NCBI RefSeq assembly: GCF_963921235.1
Contig: NC_086124.1
Coordinates: forward strand, 24,490,001-24,554,000
Origin: Mobula hypostoma
Lineage: Eukaryota
Length of the DNA stretch: 64,000 nucleotides
Reading direction: 5' to 3'
In this document: in pieces, positions 25,073 through 38,354 of the stretch
Layout of the letters: every line of letters begins with the position of its first letter
How positions within the stretch are numbered: the first letter of the stretch is position 1
The notes under the pieces: generated by a model
Told to the model about the DNA's origin: nothing
The model's input: only the letters and a program-made list of their open reading frames with translations
Database searches by the model: none
Translations under genes and position numbers: made by a program

Positions 25073-28000
25073 GGGAGTTCCTCGTGGACAGACTTCCGAC
25101 CGATATCCCCTGACTACAGACACAGTGGACAGTCGGATGCATTTGTGGTCAGCAGGGGCTTTTCTACTCTCTTATTTTAATCTCTCAGAACATAGAACAT
25201 AGACAATTCGGCCTACAGTGTACCGTATCAAATCAATCAGTCGCTAAATTGCCAATCAACCTAATTCCCTCTGCCTAAACAATGTCGATACCCTCCCATT
25301 ATGCTCATTCTACCTATCTAAACATCTCTTAAAGGTCTCTAACCTATCTACACTCACCACCATTCCAGGAAGCGCATACCAGGTACACAGCACTGTCAGT
25401 GTAAATAGCCTGGACGAATTACCGGGGGATGGAGGGAAAGCACAGTAACCGGGTCTCTGGCACTGAGTCTGGAGCTGTACTCAGCAGAGCAGAGAGGTGA
25501 AGACGACTGCAGTGTTGACAGTCAAAGAAATGGAGATGATGTTCTGTGGGCGCGGTAATGACACCAGAATGGTACGTGGCCTCCCTGATGCCAGGATCAG
25601 TGATGTATCTGAACGGATCCATGGCATTCCTCAAGGCGAGGGTGAACAGCCAGAAGTCTTAGTATGCATTGGCACCAATGAACTAGAGACACAAAGTGAG
25701 GAAGACCTGAAGAGATTTTAGGGAGCTCGGTAGAAAGCTGAGAATCAAGACGACCGGGGTACTAATCGATAGACTGCTGCCTGTGCCATGTGACAGTGAT
25801 CGTAAGCATTGGAAGAATTGCCAGGTAAATGAGTGGCTGATGAGCTGTTGTAGAGGGCAGGCAGGGGGTCAGATTTAGAGAATACCAGGGTCTCCTCTGG
25901 GGAAGCTATGGCCTGCACAAATTGGACGGATTACACCTGTACGCGAGGGTGTCCAATATCCTTGTGGGCGGGTTCGCTGAAGTTGTTCGGGAATGTTTTT
26001 TTACGTACGGAGGTGAGAACAAAAGAGATAGTACTGAATATGAGGCAGCTGGTTTACAAACAGAGACAACGTGTAGTGAGACTCCTAGCAAGGAAAGGCT
26101 AATGACAGGAAAAATTGCAGTCAACAGGATGAGTCGCAAAGTAAAACCCGGACAAAATCGAAAAGGCCGACCAGAGGACTGAGGGTGTTGCATTTTAATT
26201 CACACAGCATACGGCATCAGAGAGATGAACTTGTATTGTAGCACAGTTACAGATTTCCATGCATGATAGAGAGGGCATTACTGAATCGTGGCTGAATGAA
26301 GATTGCAGCTGGGAGCTTAATGTCCAAGGATACACAATGTATCGAAAGGTCAGGCAGAAAAGCAGAGGGGAGGCGTTACTCCGTTGTTTAAAAAAAACCA
26401 CAAATGAAATGAAATCATTTCTGATAGAACTAAGGAAATGCAAGTGCAAGAAGTCCTGGTTGAAGTTATTGTGGAATTGATTAAAAAGCTTAAGGGAAAA
26501 GACCCCAAAGTGGAAGAGATCATAATATAAACGAATTTACTCTGACAAGGAGAAGCTAAACGCTCATATATTAGTTTTACAGCAGAGTAAAGGGAATTAG
26601 AGTCACGACAGATGAGTTGGCCAGAATTGCTTGGAAAAGAACACTGGCAGGGATGATGTCAGAGCATCAATGGCTGGAATTTCTGGAGCAATTCGGAAGG
26701 CAACACATATATAGATCCCAAACAGGATGAAGTATTCTAAAGGCAAAGTGAAACAATCATGGCCAAGATGAGGAGTTAAAACCAACATAAACCCAAACAT
26801 TACAGCAAGAATCGCTAGATATCTAGGGGATTAACAAGCTTTTAAAAGCTCCAGATGGAATAGGAAGGTAAACTAGCTAATAATATTAAAGAGGATAATA
26901 AATGTTTCTTTAGAGACGTAAAGTGTGAAAGAGAAACGAGAGAGGTGATACTGGACGGCTGTAAAAAGGTGCTGGAGAGATACTAATGGGGGACACGGAA
27001 ACGGCGGACCACCTGAATAACTACTTTACATCAGTGTTCATTGTGGGAGACACCAGCATGAAGTCTGTGAATTCACTATTCCTAGGGAGAAAGTTTTGGG
27101 GAACCTCAAAGGTCTGAACGTAGATAGATCACATGGACTAGAGGGGGTTAATTTCAGAAATTAACCACGTGGCCTCTTTATCTGCTTTACTTCTCCAAAA
27201 TAAAAGGAAATGTTTTGTTCTTGAGAGCTTGCTGAGTAAAGTATTATCTCCTGATGTCAACACCTCAGCTTCCTCATATTGAGCTTCTTGGAACTTCAAA
27301 CCCAAAGAATCTCTACCGAGGTGCACTAACGGTGCATTCCGAATTAAGAGCCTACATTTGCTAAATCAGCATCCAAATTCCGCACAAGACACAACTCCTC
27401 AATACATCCCGAGCACCCGAAGAAACCCACCGTCGAATTTAACGTCTGAGTGCAAGTATACAAAACTGCTGAGGACCGGGACACAGCCGGAGACTCCACG
27501 GACAGGTGAGATGCATTTCCACCGGGTTTATATTAATTTGGAAATGTGGCGACTGATCAGGGAACATCAGCGTGGCTGCGTTGCGCAAGAAACGTTGTCT
27601 TCCTGCTTTCGGGAGGTTTTTCAGGAGATAACTCAGTTAGCCAGTGAAGGCAGGACAGTGGGTTTGGCAACATGCAGTTCAATGAGGAGAACATTAGAGA
27701 TTACAGAGTCTGGGCTTGTTTTCCATGCGGTCGAAGAACGCTGACGGATGACCTGAGAAAATAAATTAAGATAACAGATACAGACACAGGGTAGACAGAA
27801 TCGCTTTCCCCTGGTTGGAGCAAAATTGAGAGAAAGGCTTATATTTATCTTGAGGAAAGGAGATTTAAGTCGAATATAAGGGATAGTTTTTTTTTAAGTT
27901 TGTTTTAATTCTCAATTCGATTTCGAGATACAGCGCGGTAACAAGCCCTTCCGCCCCGCCCAATTTCACCCATGTGATGAATTAACCTATTAGTGTCTCC

Positions 28001-28449
28001 AGCCTTCTGGGCTTGAAAGCCTTATCATGTGAGGAAGGTGTTTTGGTCCTGGGCTTCTACTCACTGGAATTCAGAAGAATGAAAGAGGACTTCGTTGAAA
28101 CCTGTGGAATGTTGAAAGGCCTCGACACAGTCGATGTGGAGTAGATGTTTCCTATGTTGTGGGAGGCTAAGAGCAGACGACACAGTCTCAGAAGGGAGGA
28201 CCGTCCTTTTAGAAAGAAGATTCTGATTAATTTCTGAAGCCAGAGAGTGGTGAATCTGTGAAATTCATTGACACGGGGAGGTGCATGTTTCTGTATTTTT
28301 AAGACAGAGGTGATAGATTCGTGATTGGTCAGGGCATGCTCGGAAACAGGGGGAAGGCAGGAGGTTGGTGCTGAAAAGGAATATGGCGGAACAGACTCGA
28401 TGAGCTAAATGGTCCAATTCTGCTCCTATATCCGATGGACTTATCATCT

Positions 28450-28592
28450 TATGTGTGAGGAAACTGGAGCACCCAGAGAAACTCGCGATTGCGGGGACAA
28501 ATTCTAAACTGTCTCCAGAGAGCGGCGGGAGTTCAACCCGGTTCGTTGGCGCTGGAGCAGAGTTGTGCGAATCACAGCGCTACCATGCCGTC
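28450..28592 (-). mobile_element. tRNA-derived V-SINE fragment
   Basis: Minus strand shows a tRNA-like head and the central GGGTGCTCCAGTTTCCTC domain. Confidence 0.6.
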
Positions 28593-30290
28593 CATGATGA
28601 ATTGACACATTGAACGTGGCTGCCGGAGGAGGTGACAGACATCATATGCAATCAGTACGTTTAAGAGATACTTAGGCAGGCACGTCAACAGATGAGACAT
28701 ACGCGGTCACGGTTCCAAAGGGTTGCAAGATGGATTGGTGTAAATGGGGAAATGGCAGGCATGGCCTGCTAGGCCAAGGACCTGTTTCTGTAGTGTACTT
28801 GTAGCAATAGTAATAGTAGTAATATTAGAGGTGCTAGTGATGGTCGTAATGGTGGTAGTGGTAGAAGTAGCTTATAAGGTGATGCGCGGCAGAGATGAAG
28901 TAGACAGACGGTATCTGTTTCGCCAGTGTTGAAATGGCCAGTACCTGAGGGCGTGCCTTTAGCGTGAGTGGGGGTAAGATGAAAGGAGATGTGAAGGGTA
29001 AGTTATGTTTTCACAGAGAGCGGTGGGGGCCTGGAATGCGCTGAAAGAGTGGTGGTGGAGGCAGATACATTGCGACTGTTAAAAGTCTTTTGAATGGGAA
29101 CATGAATGTGAGGGAAATGGACATTTTGTCAGCAGTCACGATTAGTTACGTTGGCCGTGTGATTACTAATTTAATAGGTTCGGTATAATATCGTGCACTA
29201 TTCCTGCGCTGGGTGATTCTGTGCTCTTGCAGGACTCTGCAAAGCGTCCTGGGCACATTTCTGTAGAGAGGGTGACTTCGACTTTTGCACAGTAATGTAT
29301 TTGTCAACGAAGACCGGAGAGCGTCGGGCGGAAGCAAAGGATGATGGGAATGTCGAAGGTGAAGCGCCTCGGGAGGGATGAGGGACAGGTACCAGAGAAG
29401 GAGAGCCAGGGACGGTGCTGGAGGCGGTTGCTGGCTCGGATGCAGACACGCGCGGACCTGGGACACCAGGGAAGGTCATTTGATTCTCAACAATTCGTTT
29501 AGTGATTATTACAGAATGACCGTCTGGTGCTTCCCGCTCCCTCCCATCTCCCTTCCCCTTTCCCCAATCAAGATTCCCTTCTCCCAGCCCCCTTCCCACT
29601 CTCAGTCCACAACAAAGACCCATATCAGAATCAGGTTTATTGTCACTCACATATGTCATGAAATTTGTTTCTCTTTTGCTGACAGTGCAATGCATCAAAT
29701 TAATAAAGACCTTTTTAGTAATAGTAACCGGCCCAACGAGCCGCACTGCCCATCAACCTACCTGGTTAACCACAGGAAAGTTCACAAAGGTCAATTAACC
29801 TAAGTACCAGAACGTTTTTGGAATGTGGGAGGAAAGCAGAGTACCCACGGTCACGGGAGTGAGTATTAGTGGTGGTAGTCGCTTGATCGCTCGAGTCCAG
29901 TATGATGTTCTTCTAAGGGATTGTCATCCGCGGGTCCTCGACTGGCTGTAGAGGCCGATCCAGGATCCACATAACGGCAGTGTTCGGGTGCATTCCCTTA
30001 ATGGAGATCGGCTGTGCGTGACTTTGTCTAACGTGGGGAAGCTAATACACGGGCTGACATCACATGGTCGTTGACAGGTCGGGGACATGCCGGGGGGACG
30101 GTGCGGTCAGGGTCCAGTGGCTTGGAATGCAACCCTAATGTGGTGTGTCAGGCTTCTGTTCCATGTTACACAGCATCTCTACTCGCCTTCCTCTCCTTCC
30201 CTCTTCCCTCTCGCCTCTCCTCCTGAATTCGCGGTCTCTCCATTCTACACCCCTCTCACCTACACAATATCTCCCCCACCAGATCCGACA

Positions 30291-31232
30291 ATGTCGTCCA
30301 GTTCGACACTCGCTGGGAATCCCTCCTCCCACAATTCCACGGCCGATGGAAACAGAATGGAGTGGGGAGCACCTTCCGTCATATCAATGGTCATCTTCAC
30401 CCTCACCTTCCTACTGGGCGTCCCGGGCAACGGCGCAGTCATCTGGGTGACCGGCTTCAAGATGAAGAGTAAGATCCACACGGTGTGTTTCCTGAACCTG
30501 GCTCTGGCTGACCTAATCTATTGCCTGACCCTTCCCTTCCGCATGGCCAACACCTCCCTGAGCTACTCTGGGCACGAAGCCTACTTCTCCTGGAAGTTTC
30601 TTGGAACCTTGATATTCCTCAACGCCGCCGCCAGCATATATCTGTTATCGCTGATCAGCATCTGCCGCTGCCTGGCTATTACTCGGCCCACTTGGTTCCA
30701 GCAGCATCCGAGCCTCACATGGGTTCGTGCGGCCTGCTTCGGAGTCTGGATCCTAGCCTTCGTCATGTGCCTGCCCGTCCTCCTGCTTCAGGATTTCGAG
30801 AAGGAAATGGCCGTGTTGAATCCATTTTGGTTTGTTTTCATCTTCTGCCTCCCCTTTGTAATTATGATCTCCTGCTACTCCCTGGTTGGCTGGAGGCTGA
30901 GAGGGAACAAGTTCGTCAAATCTAAGAAACCTGTACACCTCATCATCACCGTTGTCGTCACCTTTATGATCTGTTGGATCCCCAAAAGTTGTCCGCGACC
31001 TCGTATCAACCCCCTCCACACCGATTCCCCAGGATTGGTCGTTATTCACTGTTGCCCTGGCCTCCTTCAACAGCGCCCTCAACCCCCTTCTCTATGTCTT
31101 CGCTGGCCGCGAATTCCGCCAGGTCTTCAGGCACTCCCTTCTCGCCTCGCTCCGTCTGGCCTTAGCCGAGCAGAGGCTAGAATTGGAGACCCTGGCCCGG
31201 AACGCAAACTCACCTCAAATGCAAATTTCTGA
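30291..31232 (+). pseudogene. GPCR copy C with compensating frameshifts (+1 at ~30984-30990, -1 at ~31201); probable pseudogene, a TM7-less variant, or an assembly error
   Basis: Normal receptor sequence up to CWIP, then ~70 codons in the alternative frame (Pro-rich), returning to ...RKLTSNANF*; the [13 protein letters not shown] segment is still readable in the other frame. Confidence 0.8.
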
Positions 31233-31780
31233 CGGAGTTCCTCGTGGCTAGACATCCGACCGATATCCCCTGACTACAGACACAGTGGGCAGTCGGATGC
31301 AATTGTAGTCAGCAGTGAAGGCTTTCCTACACTATTTTAAGCTCTCAGAACATAGAACATAGACCATTCAGCCTACAAGGTACCGTATCAATTTAATTAG
31401 TCCCTAAATGGCCAATTAACCTAATCCCCTCCGCCTACACAATAGCGATATCCTTCCTTAATGCTCATTCTACCTATCTAAACATCTCCTAAAAGTCTCT
31501 AACCTATCTACACTTACCACCATTTCAGGCAGCGCATACCAGGTACACGGCACTGTCTGTTTAAACAACCTGGCCCTCGTATCTCCTTCGGAATGACGCC
31601 CTCTGACTTTAAGTGCACGTCTTCTAGTGTTAGACGTTTCAACCCTGGGAAACACACTGAATATCCGTGCCTTTCATGATCTTCTAAACCTCACCCCGCC
31701 ACCCCAGTGAAAATAACCCAAGTGTTTTCAACCTCTCGTAGTAGAGGATGCTCTCCAATCCAGGCAGCTTCCTGGTAAAT

Positions 31781-34163
31781 ACATAGAGGTACATAGAGCA
31801 ATACATAGAGGTACCAACTAGAGAAGGGGCAGTGTTGGATCTCCTGTTAGAGAATGAGATCGGGCAGGTGACGGAGGTATGCATTGGGGAGCACTTCGGG
31901 TTCATTGATCACTATACCATTAGTTTCAATATAATTATGGAGAAGGACAGGATTGGACCCAGGGTTGAGATTTTTGATTGGAGAAAGGCTAACTTTGAGG
32001 AGATGCGAAAGGATTTAGAAGGAGTGGATTGGGACAATTTTATTTAATGGGAAGGATGTAACAGAGAAATAGGGGTCATTTAAAGGTGAAATTTTGAGGG
32101 TACAGTATCTTTGTGTTCCTGTTAGGTTGAAAGGAAAGGTTAAAAGTTTGAGAAAACCATGGTTTTCAAGGGATATTGGAAACTTGGTTGGGAAAAAGAG
32201 AGGGATCTACAATAAATATCGGCAGCTTGGAGTAAATGAGGTGCTCGAGGAATATAAAAATGTAAAAAGAATCTTAAGAAAGAAATTAGAAAAGCTAAAA
32301 GAAGATACGAGGCTGCTTTGGAAAGTAAGGTGAAAATAAATCCAAAGGGTTTCTACAGTTACATTAATAGCAGAAGGATAGTGAGGGATAAAATTGGTCC
32401 CTTAGAGAATCAGAGTGGACGGCTATATGCGGAGCCAAAAGAGATGGGGGAGATTTTGAACAATTTCTCGTCGTCGGTATTCACTAAGGAGAAGGATTTT
32501 GAATTGTGTAAGGTAAAGGAAACAAGAAGGGTAGTTATGGAAAGTATGATGATTAAAGAAGAGGAAGTACTGGCGCTTTTAAGGAATATAAAAGTGGATA
32601 AATCTTCGGGTCCGGACAAGATATTTCCTAGGACCTTGAGGGAAGTTAGTGTGGAAATAGCAGGGGCTCTGACAGAGATATTTCAAATGTCATTAGAAAC
32701 GGGGATGGTGCCGGAGGATTGGCGTATTGTTCATGTGGTTCCATTGTTTAAAAAGGGTTCTAAGGGTAAACTAGCAATTATTGGCCTGTTGGTTTGACGT
32801 CAGTGGTGGGTAAATTGAAGGAAAATATCTTTAGAGATGGTATATATAATTATCTGGATAGACAGGGTCTGATTAGGAACAGTCAACATGGATTTATGCG
32901 TGGAAGGTCATGTTTGAAAAATCTTATTGAATTTTTTGATGAGGTTACTAGGAAAGTTGACGAGGGTAAAGCGGTGGATGTTGTCTGTATGGACTTCAGT
33001 AAGGCCTTTGACAAGGTTCCACATGGAAGGTTAGTTAGGAAGGTTAAATCGTTAGGCATTAATATCGAAGTAGTAAAGTGGATTCAGCAGTGGCTGGATG
33101 GGAGACGCCAGAGAGTAGTGGTGGATAACTGTGTGTCAGATTGGAGGACGGTGTCTAGCGGTGTGCCTCAGGGATCTGTACTGGGTCCAATGGTGTTTGT
33201 CATATATATTAATAATCTGGATGTTGGGGTGGTAAATTGGATTAGTAAGTATGCAGATGATACGAAGATAGGTGGCATTGTGGATAATGAAGTAGGTTTT
33301 CAAAACTTGCAGAGAGATTTAGGCCAGTTAGAAGAGTGGGCTGAAAGAGTGGGCAGATGGAGTTTAATGCTGAAAAATGTGAGGTGTTACATTTTGGCAG
33401 GACTAATCAAAATAGGACATACATGGTAAATGGTAGGGCATTGAAGAATGCAGTAGAACAGAGGGATCTAGGAATAATGGTGCATAATTCCCTAAAGATG
33501 GAATCTCATGTGGATAGGGTGGTGAAGAAATCTTTTGGTATACTGGCCTTTATAAATCAGAGCATTGAGCATAGGAGTTGGGATGTAATGTTGAAATTGT
33601 ATAAGGCATTGGTGAGGCCAAATTTGGAGTATTGTGTACAGTTCTGGTCACCGAATTATAGGAAAGATGTCAATAAAATTGAGAGAGTACAGAGGAGATT
33701 TACTAAAATGTTGTCCGGGTTTCATCTCCTAAGTTACAGAGAAAGGTCGAACAAGTTAGGTCTTTATTCTTTGGAGCGTAGAAGGTTGAGGGGGGACTTG
33801 ATAGAGGTATTTAAAATTATGAGGGAGATAGATAGAGTTGACATGGATAGGCTTTTTCCATTGAGAGTGGGGGAGATTCAAACAAGAGGACATGAGTGGA
33901 GAGTTAAAGAGCAAAAGTTTAGGGGTAGCATGAGGGGGAACTTCTTTACTCAGAGAGTGGTAGCTGTGTGGAACGAGCTTCCAGCAGAAGTCGTTGATGT
34001 TGTCATTTAAAGTTAACTTGGATAGCTATATGGACAAGAAAGGAATAGAGGGTTATGGGTTGAGTGCAGGTCGGTGGGACTAGGTGAGAGTAAGAGTTTG
34101 GCACGGACTAGAAGGGCCGAGATGGCCTGTTTCCGTGCTGTAATTGTTATATGGTTATATATG
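31781..34163 (+). mobile_element. Relatively young 5'-truncated CR1 LINE (ORF2 RT), specific to unit C
   Basis: Long ORF2 pieces with [32 protein letters not shown]; microsatellite-like 3' tail; absent at the homologous sites 9404 and 22910; possible 3-bp target duplication AAT. Confidence 0.95.
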
Positions 34164-34951
34164 AATCTCCTCTGCACCCTCTGCAAAGCCTTGACATCTT
34201 TCCTGCAATAGGCGACCAGAACTGTATACACCTCTTTCACCAAGTAGTCTCCATGTTCCTGTGACCTCTCTCCTTACAAGTCATTTTCACCCACAGAACA
34301 GGACTTTTTTTTTCACACCCTTCTCTGTAAACTCTACAGAAATCAGCAGTTTCTGAAATACTCAAAACAATCTGTCTGGCGTGAACTATCATCCGCCATC
34401 AAAGTCACTTAGATCACATTCCTTCCCCATTCTGATGTTTGGTCTGAACAACGAGCAGGTATTCAGGTGTACCTTATGAAGTGCCTAATGAAATGTCAAG
34501 CTTCTAAATACCAAAATAATACTATAAAGAGCAGTAAATACTAAAAAAAACAAAATCAGATCAATATTTGCTGTTACCACCCTCTGCCTTTGAAGCTCCA
34601 TCACTTCTCTTACTTCCACTGTCGTGCAGTTTTATAAGAGAATCGGCTGGTAGGTTGTCCCAAGCATCCTGGAGAACTTGCCATGGTCCTTCAGCACACC
34701 TTGGCTCTCTCGTTTGCTCCTGTTTCTCCAGGTGATCCCAGACAGCCTCGATGATGTTGCGGTCAGGTCCCTCTGGAGACCATGCCTCTTAAAACCACAC
34801 ATAAAAAAATCTAGCGTGCCGAGGATATTGGCACAGTATTAGTTGGATCCTTTGATCGACATCTTCACAGTGCACAGCTCAACCAAACCCATGTGTCATT
34901 TACAAACCTGATAACCCACCTATTTGCATATCCATCCACGTTATTGATATA

Positions 34952-35566
34952 CAGTGGCATGCAAAAGTTTGGACACCCCTGGTCGAAATTTATGTTACTG
35001 TGAATAGCTAAGCGAGTAAAAGATGAACTGATTTCCAAAAGGCATAAAGTTAAAGATGATACATTTCTTTTAAATTTTCAGCAAGATTGCTTTTTTTCAT
35101 TTCCATCCTTTACAGTTTCAAAATAACAAAAAAGGAAAAGGGCCCGAAACAAAAGTTTGGGCACCCTGCATGGTAGTAACACTTGAATTTTAGTCTATTA
35201 TAAACCAAATCCGCCTGTACATACACAGGTATACCTCATTGTATATAGTTCATGATTATTTGCACTATTGTTTTGTTTGCTTTGGATTCTGTACAGCGAG
35301 AGCTCAGGGAAACCGGAATCAAATTCCCTGTATGTGTCCACATACTTGGCGACAATAAAGGATTCTGATTCTGATTTGGCAAGTATCACAACTTGTAAAC
35401 GCTTTCTATAGCCAGCTAAGAGTCTTTCGATTCTTGTTTGGGGGATTTTCGCCCATTCTTTCTTGCAAAAGGCTTCTAGTTCTGTGAGATTCTTGGGCCA
35501 TCTTGCATGCACTGCTCTTTTGAGGTCTATCCACAGATTTTCGATGATGTTTAGGTTGGGGACTGT
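34952..35566 (-). mobile_element. Truncated Tc1-family DNA transposon (one IR/DR-type end plus transposase C-terminus) with a nested LINE tail (~35183-35376)
   Basis: TA|CAGTG end; repeated AAAAGTTTGG(A/G)CACCC motif at ~34963 and ~35151; PNLNIIENLWIDLKRAVHARWPKNLTELEAFCKKEWAKIP; nested piece ends in AATAAA and (GATTCT)n. Confidence 0.9.
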
Positions 35567-35729
35567 CAGTTCATTCTTTATTTGCCTTTGAAACAGCAAT
35601 ACCTGTGAGTCTTAAGCTTTTAGCAGTTTTAATAAAAGGTCCGTGGACATATTTTGAAGAAAATTCGTGTTTATGCTCCTTTAGAATGTATCGGTATAGA
35701 GTACATGTACCATATACTGTAAAAAGTTC

Positions 35730-36875
35730 TTAGAAACATAGAAAACCTACAGCACAATACAGGCCCTTCAGCCCACAAAGTTGTGCCTAGCACGTCCCTA
35801 TCTTAGAAATTACTAGGGTTACCCATAGCCCTCATTTTTCTAAGCTCCATGTACCTATCCAAAAGTATCTCAAAAGACCCTATCCTTTCCGCCTCTATCA
35901 TCGTTGCCCGCAGCCCATTCCACACACTCGCCACTCTCTGCATAAAAAAACTTACCTCTGACATCTCCTCTGTACCTACTCCCAAGCACCTTAAAACTGT
36001 GCCCTCTTGTGGCAGCCATTTCAGCCCTGGAAAAAAGCCTTGACTATCCACACAATCAATGCCTCTCATCATCTTATACACCTCTATCAGGTCACCTCTC
36101 ATCCTGCATCGCTCCAAGAAGAAAAAGGCCGAGTTCACTCAACCTGTTTTCATCAGGCATTCTCCCTAATCCAGGCAACATCCTTGTAAATCTCCTCTGC
36201 ACCCTTTCTATGGTTTCCACAACATTCCTCTAGTGAGGTGACCAGAACTGAGCACAGTACTCCAAGTGGGGTCTGACCAGGGTCCGATATAGCTGCAACA
36301 TTACCTCTCGGCTGCTAAATTCAATCCCATGATTGATGAAGGCCAATGCATCATATGTTTTCTTATGTTTTCATAACCACAGGGTCAACCTGCACAGCTG
36401 CTTTGAGCGTCCTGTGGACTCGGACCCCAAGATCCCTCTGATCTTCCACACTGCCAAGAGCTTTGTCATTAACACTATATTCTGCCATCATATTTGACCT
36501 ACCAAAATGAACCACTTCACGCTTATCTTGGTTGAACTCCATCTGCCACTTCTCAGCCCAGTTTTGCATCCTATCAATGTCCCACTGTAACCTCTGACAG
36601 CCCTCCACACTATCCAAACACCTCAACCTTTGTGTCATCAGCAAACTTACTAACCCACCCCTCCACTTGCTCATTCAGGTCCATTTATAAAAATCACGAA
36701 GAGTAAGGGTCCCAGAACAGATCCCTGAGGCACACCACTGGTCACTGACCTCCATGCAGAATATGACCCGTCTACAACCACTCTTTGCCTACTGTGGGCA
36801 AGCCAGTTCTGGATCCACAAAGCGATGTCCCCTTGGATCCCATGCCTCCTTACTTTCTCAATAAGCCTTACTTCT
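35730..36875 (-). mobile_element. 5'-truncated CR1 LINE, specific to unit C
   Basis: [19 protein letters not shown] and WAEKWQMEFN on the minus strand; CR1 3' tail; splits the Gypsy remnant. Confidence 0.9.
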
Positions 36876-37463
36876 GTCTGTAGTAAAACCAGAAGGGCCA
36901 GCATTGTAGGGGGCTGATTGGCTAAGACAACTATTTTGGAGATCAGTCAATTGGCATGCCACATTCCCATCAACTAAAAGTGAATTACTGTACGATGCCA
37001 CAGCAGTGTGCAGGGATGGCATTGAGAAACGCAAACATGTCAAGGGTAAAATATTGTTAAATGAAAATGCCATACCCAAGTTTTACAAATCCCATCTGGT
37101 TCCTTATTCTATCCATGACAAAGTAGCCAGTGGGCTCGATCATTTGGAGGCTGAAGACATTCGACTAAGGTTGAGTGGAGCCTGTGAGCAACACCAGCGG
37201 TCCCGAGAGTCAAGAGATTTGAGCCTGCCAGGTTCTGTGGTGATTTGAAGACCAGGTGACCATAAGGCATAGGAGCAGAATTAGCTCACTTGGCCCGTCA
37301 ACTCTGCTCCACTATTCAATCATGCTGGTCCCTTTTTCCCCTCCTCGGCCCCTCTCCCCGGCCTCCTCCCCATAACCTTTGATGCCGTGTCCAATCAAGA
37401 ACCTAGCAAGTTCCACCTTAAATGCACCCAACGACCTGGCCTCCACAGCTGCTTGTGGTAATA

Positions 37464-38225
37464 CAAGGGGTGATTGAGAGGTACATGGCCTAAGGTAGAA
37501 GGAGTCAATTTTAGAAAACCTAACACATTTATTTTTCAAGATAGTCCCCTCCTACATTTACACACTCAGTCCAGCGGTCGTGGAGCATACAGATCTAGGA
37601 CCTCCAGAAAGTGCCCACAGCAGGGGTGATTGATAAGTTCGTGCCCTAACATAGAAGGAGGTGAGTTATACATCTCTCGTTACATGCACATGCAGTTCAA
37701 CTTTTTCAGTGATTGTGCAGAAAGTTTGAAGTTAATAACTCATCTCCTTCTACCTTAGGCCACGAACCTCTCAATCACCCCTTGTATTACCACAGGCAGC
37801 TGTGGAGGCCAAGTTGTTTAGGAGCCGAGAGGTAATATTGCAGCTATATAGGACCCTGGTCAGACCCCACTTGGAGTACTGTGCTCAGTTCTGGTCGCCT
37901 CACTACAGGAAGGATGTGGAAACTCTAGAAAGGGTGCAGAGGAGATTTACAAGGACGTTGTCTGGATTGGGGAGAATTCCTTATGAAAACAGGTTGATTA
38001 TGAAGAAAATTTGAAGTTAATAACTTATCTCCTTCTACCTCAGGCCACGAACTTATCAATCACCCCTGCTGTGGGCACTTTCTGGAGGTTCAAGATCCGT
38101 ATGCTCCATGACCGCTGGACTAAGTGTGTAAATGTAGGAGGGGGCTATCTTGAAAAATAAATGAGCTAGGTTTTCTAAAATTGACTCCTTCTAGCTTAGG
38201 CCACAAATTTATCAGTCACCCCTGG
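37464..38225. mobile_element. Mariner-derived palindromic MITE, rearranged, with an internal CR1 piece (~37810-37995)
   Basis: TA|CAAGGGGTGATTGA ... TCAATCACCCCTTG|TA; four TIR-like copies; 37470-37650 is the reverse complement of ~38035-38225. Confidence 0.7.
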
Positions 38226-38354
38226 AAAGTTCCAAAACTTCACCACCTTCTGGATGAAAAAATATTCTCCGCATCTCTGCTTTAAATTGATGCCCTTCTA
38301 CCCTAAGGTTGTGCCCTGTTGTCCTAGACTCCCCCACCATGCGAAATATCCTAG

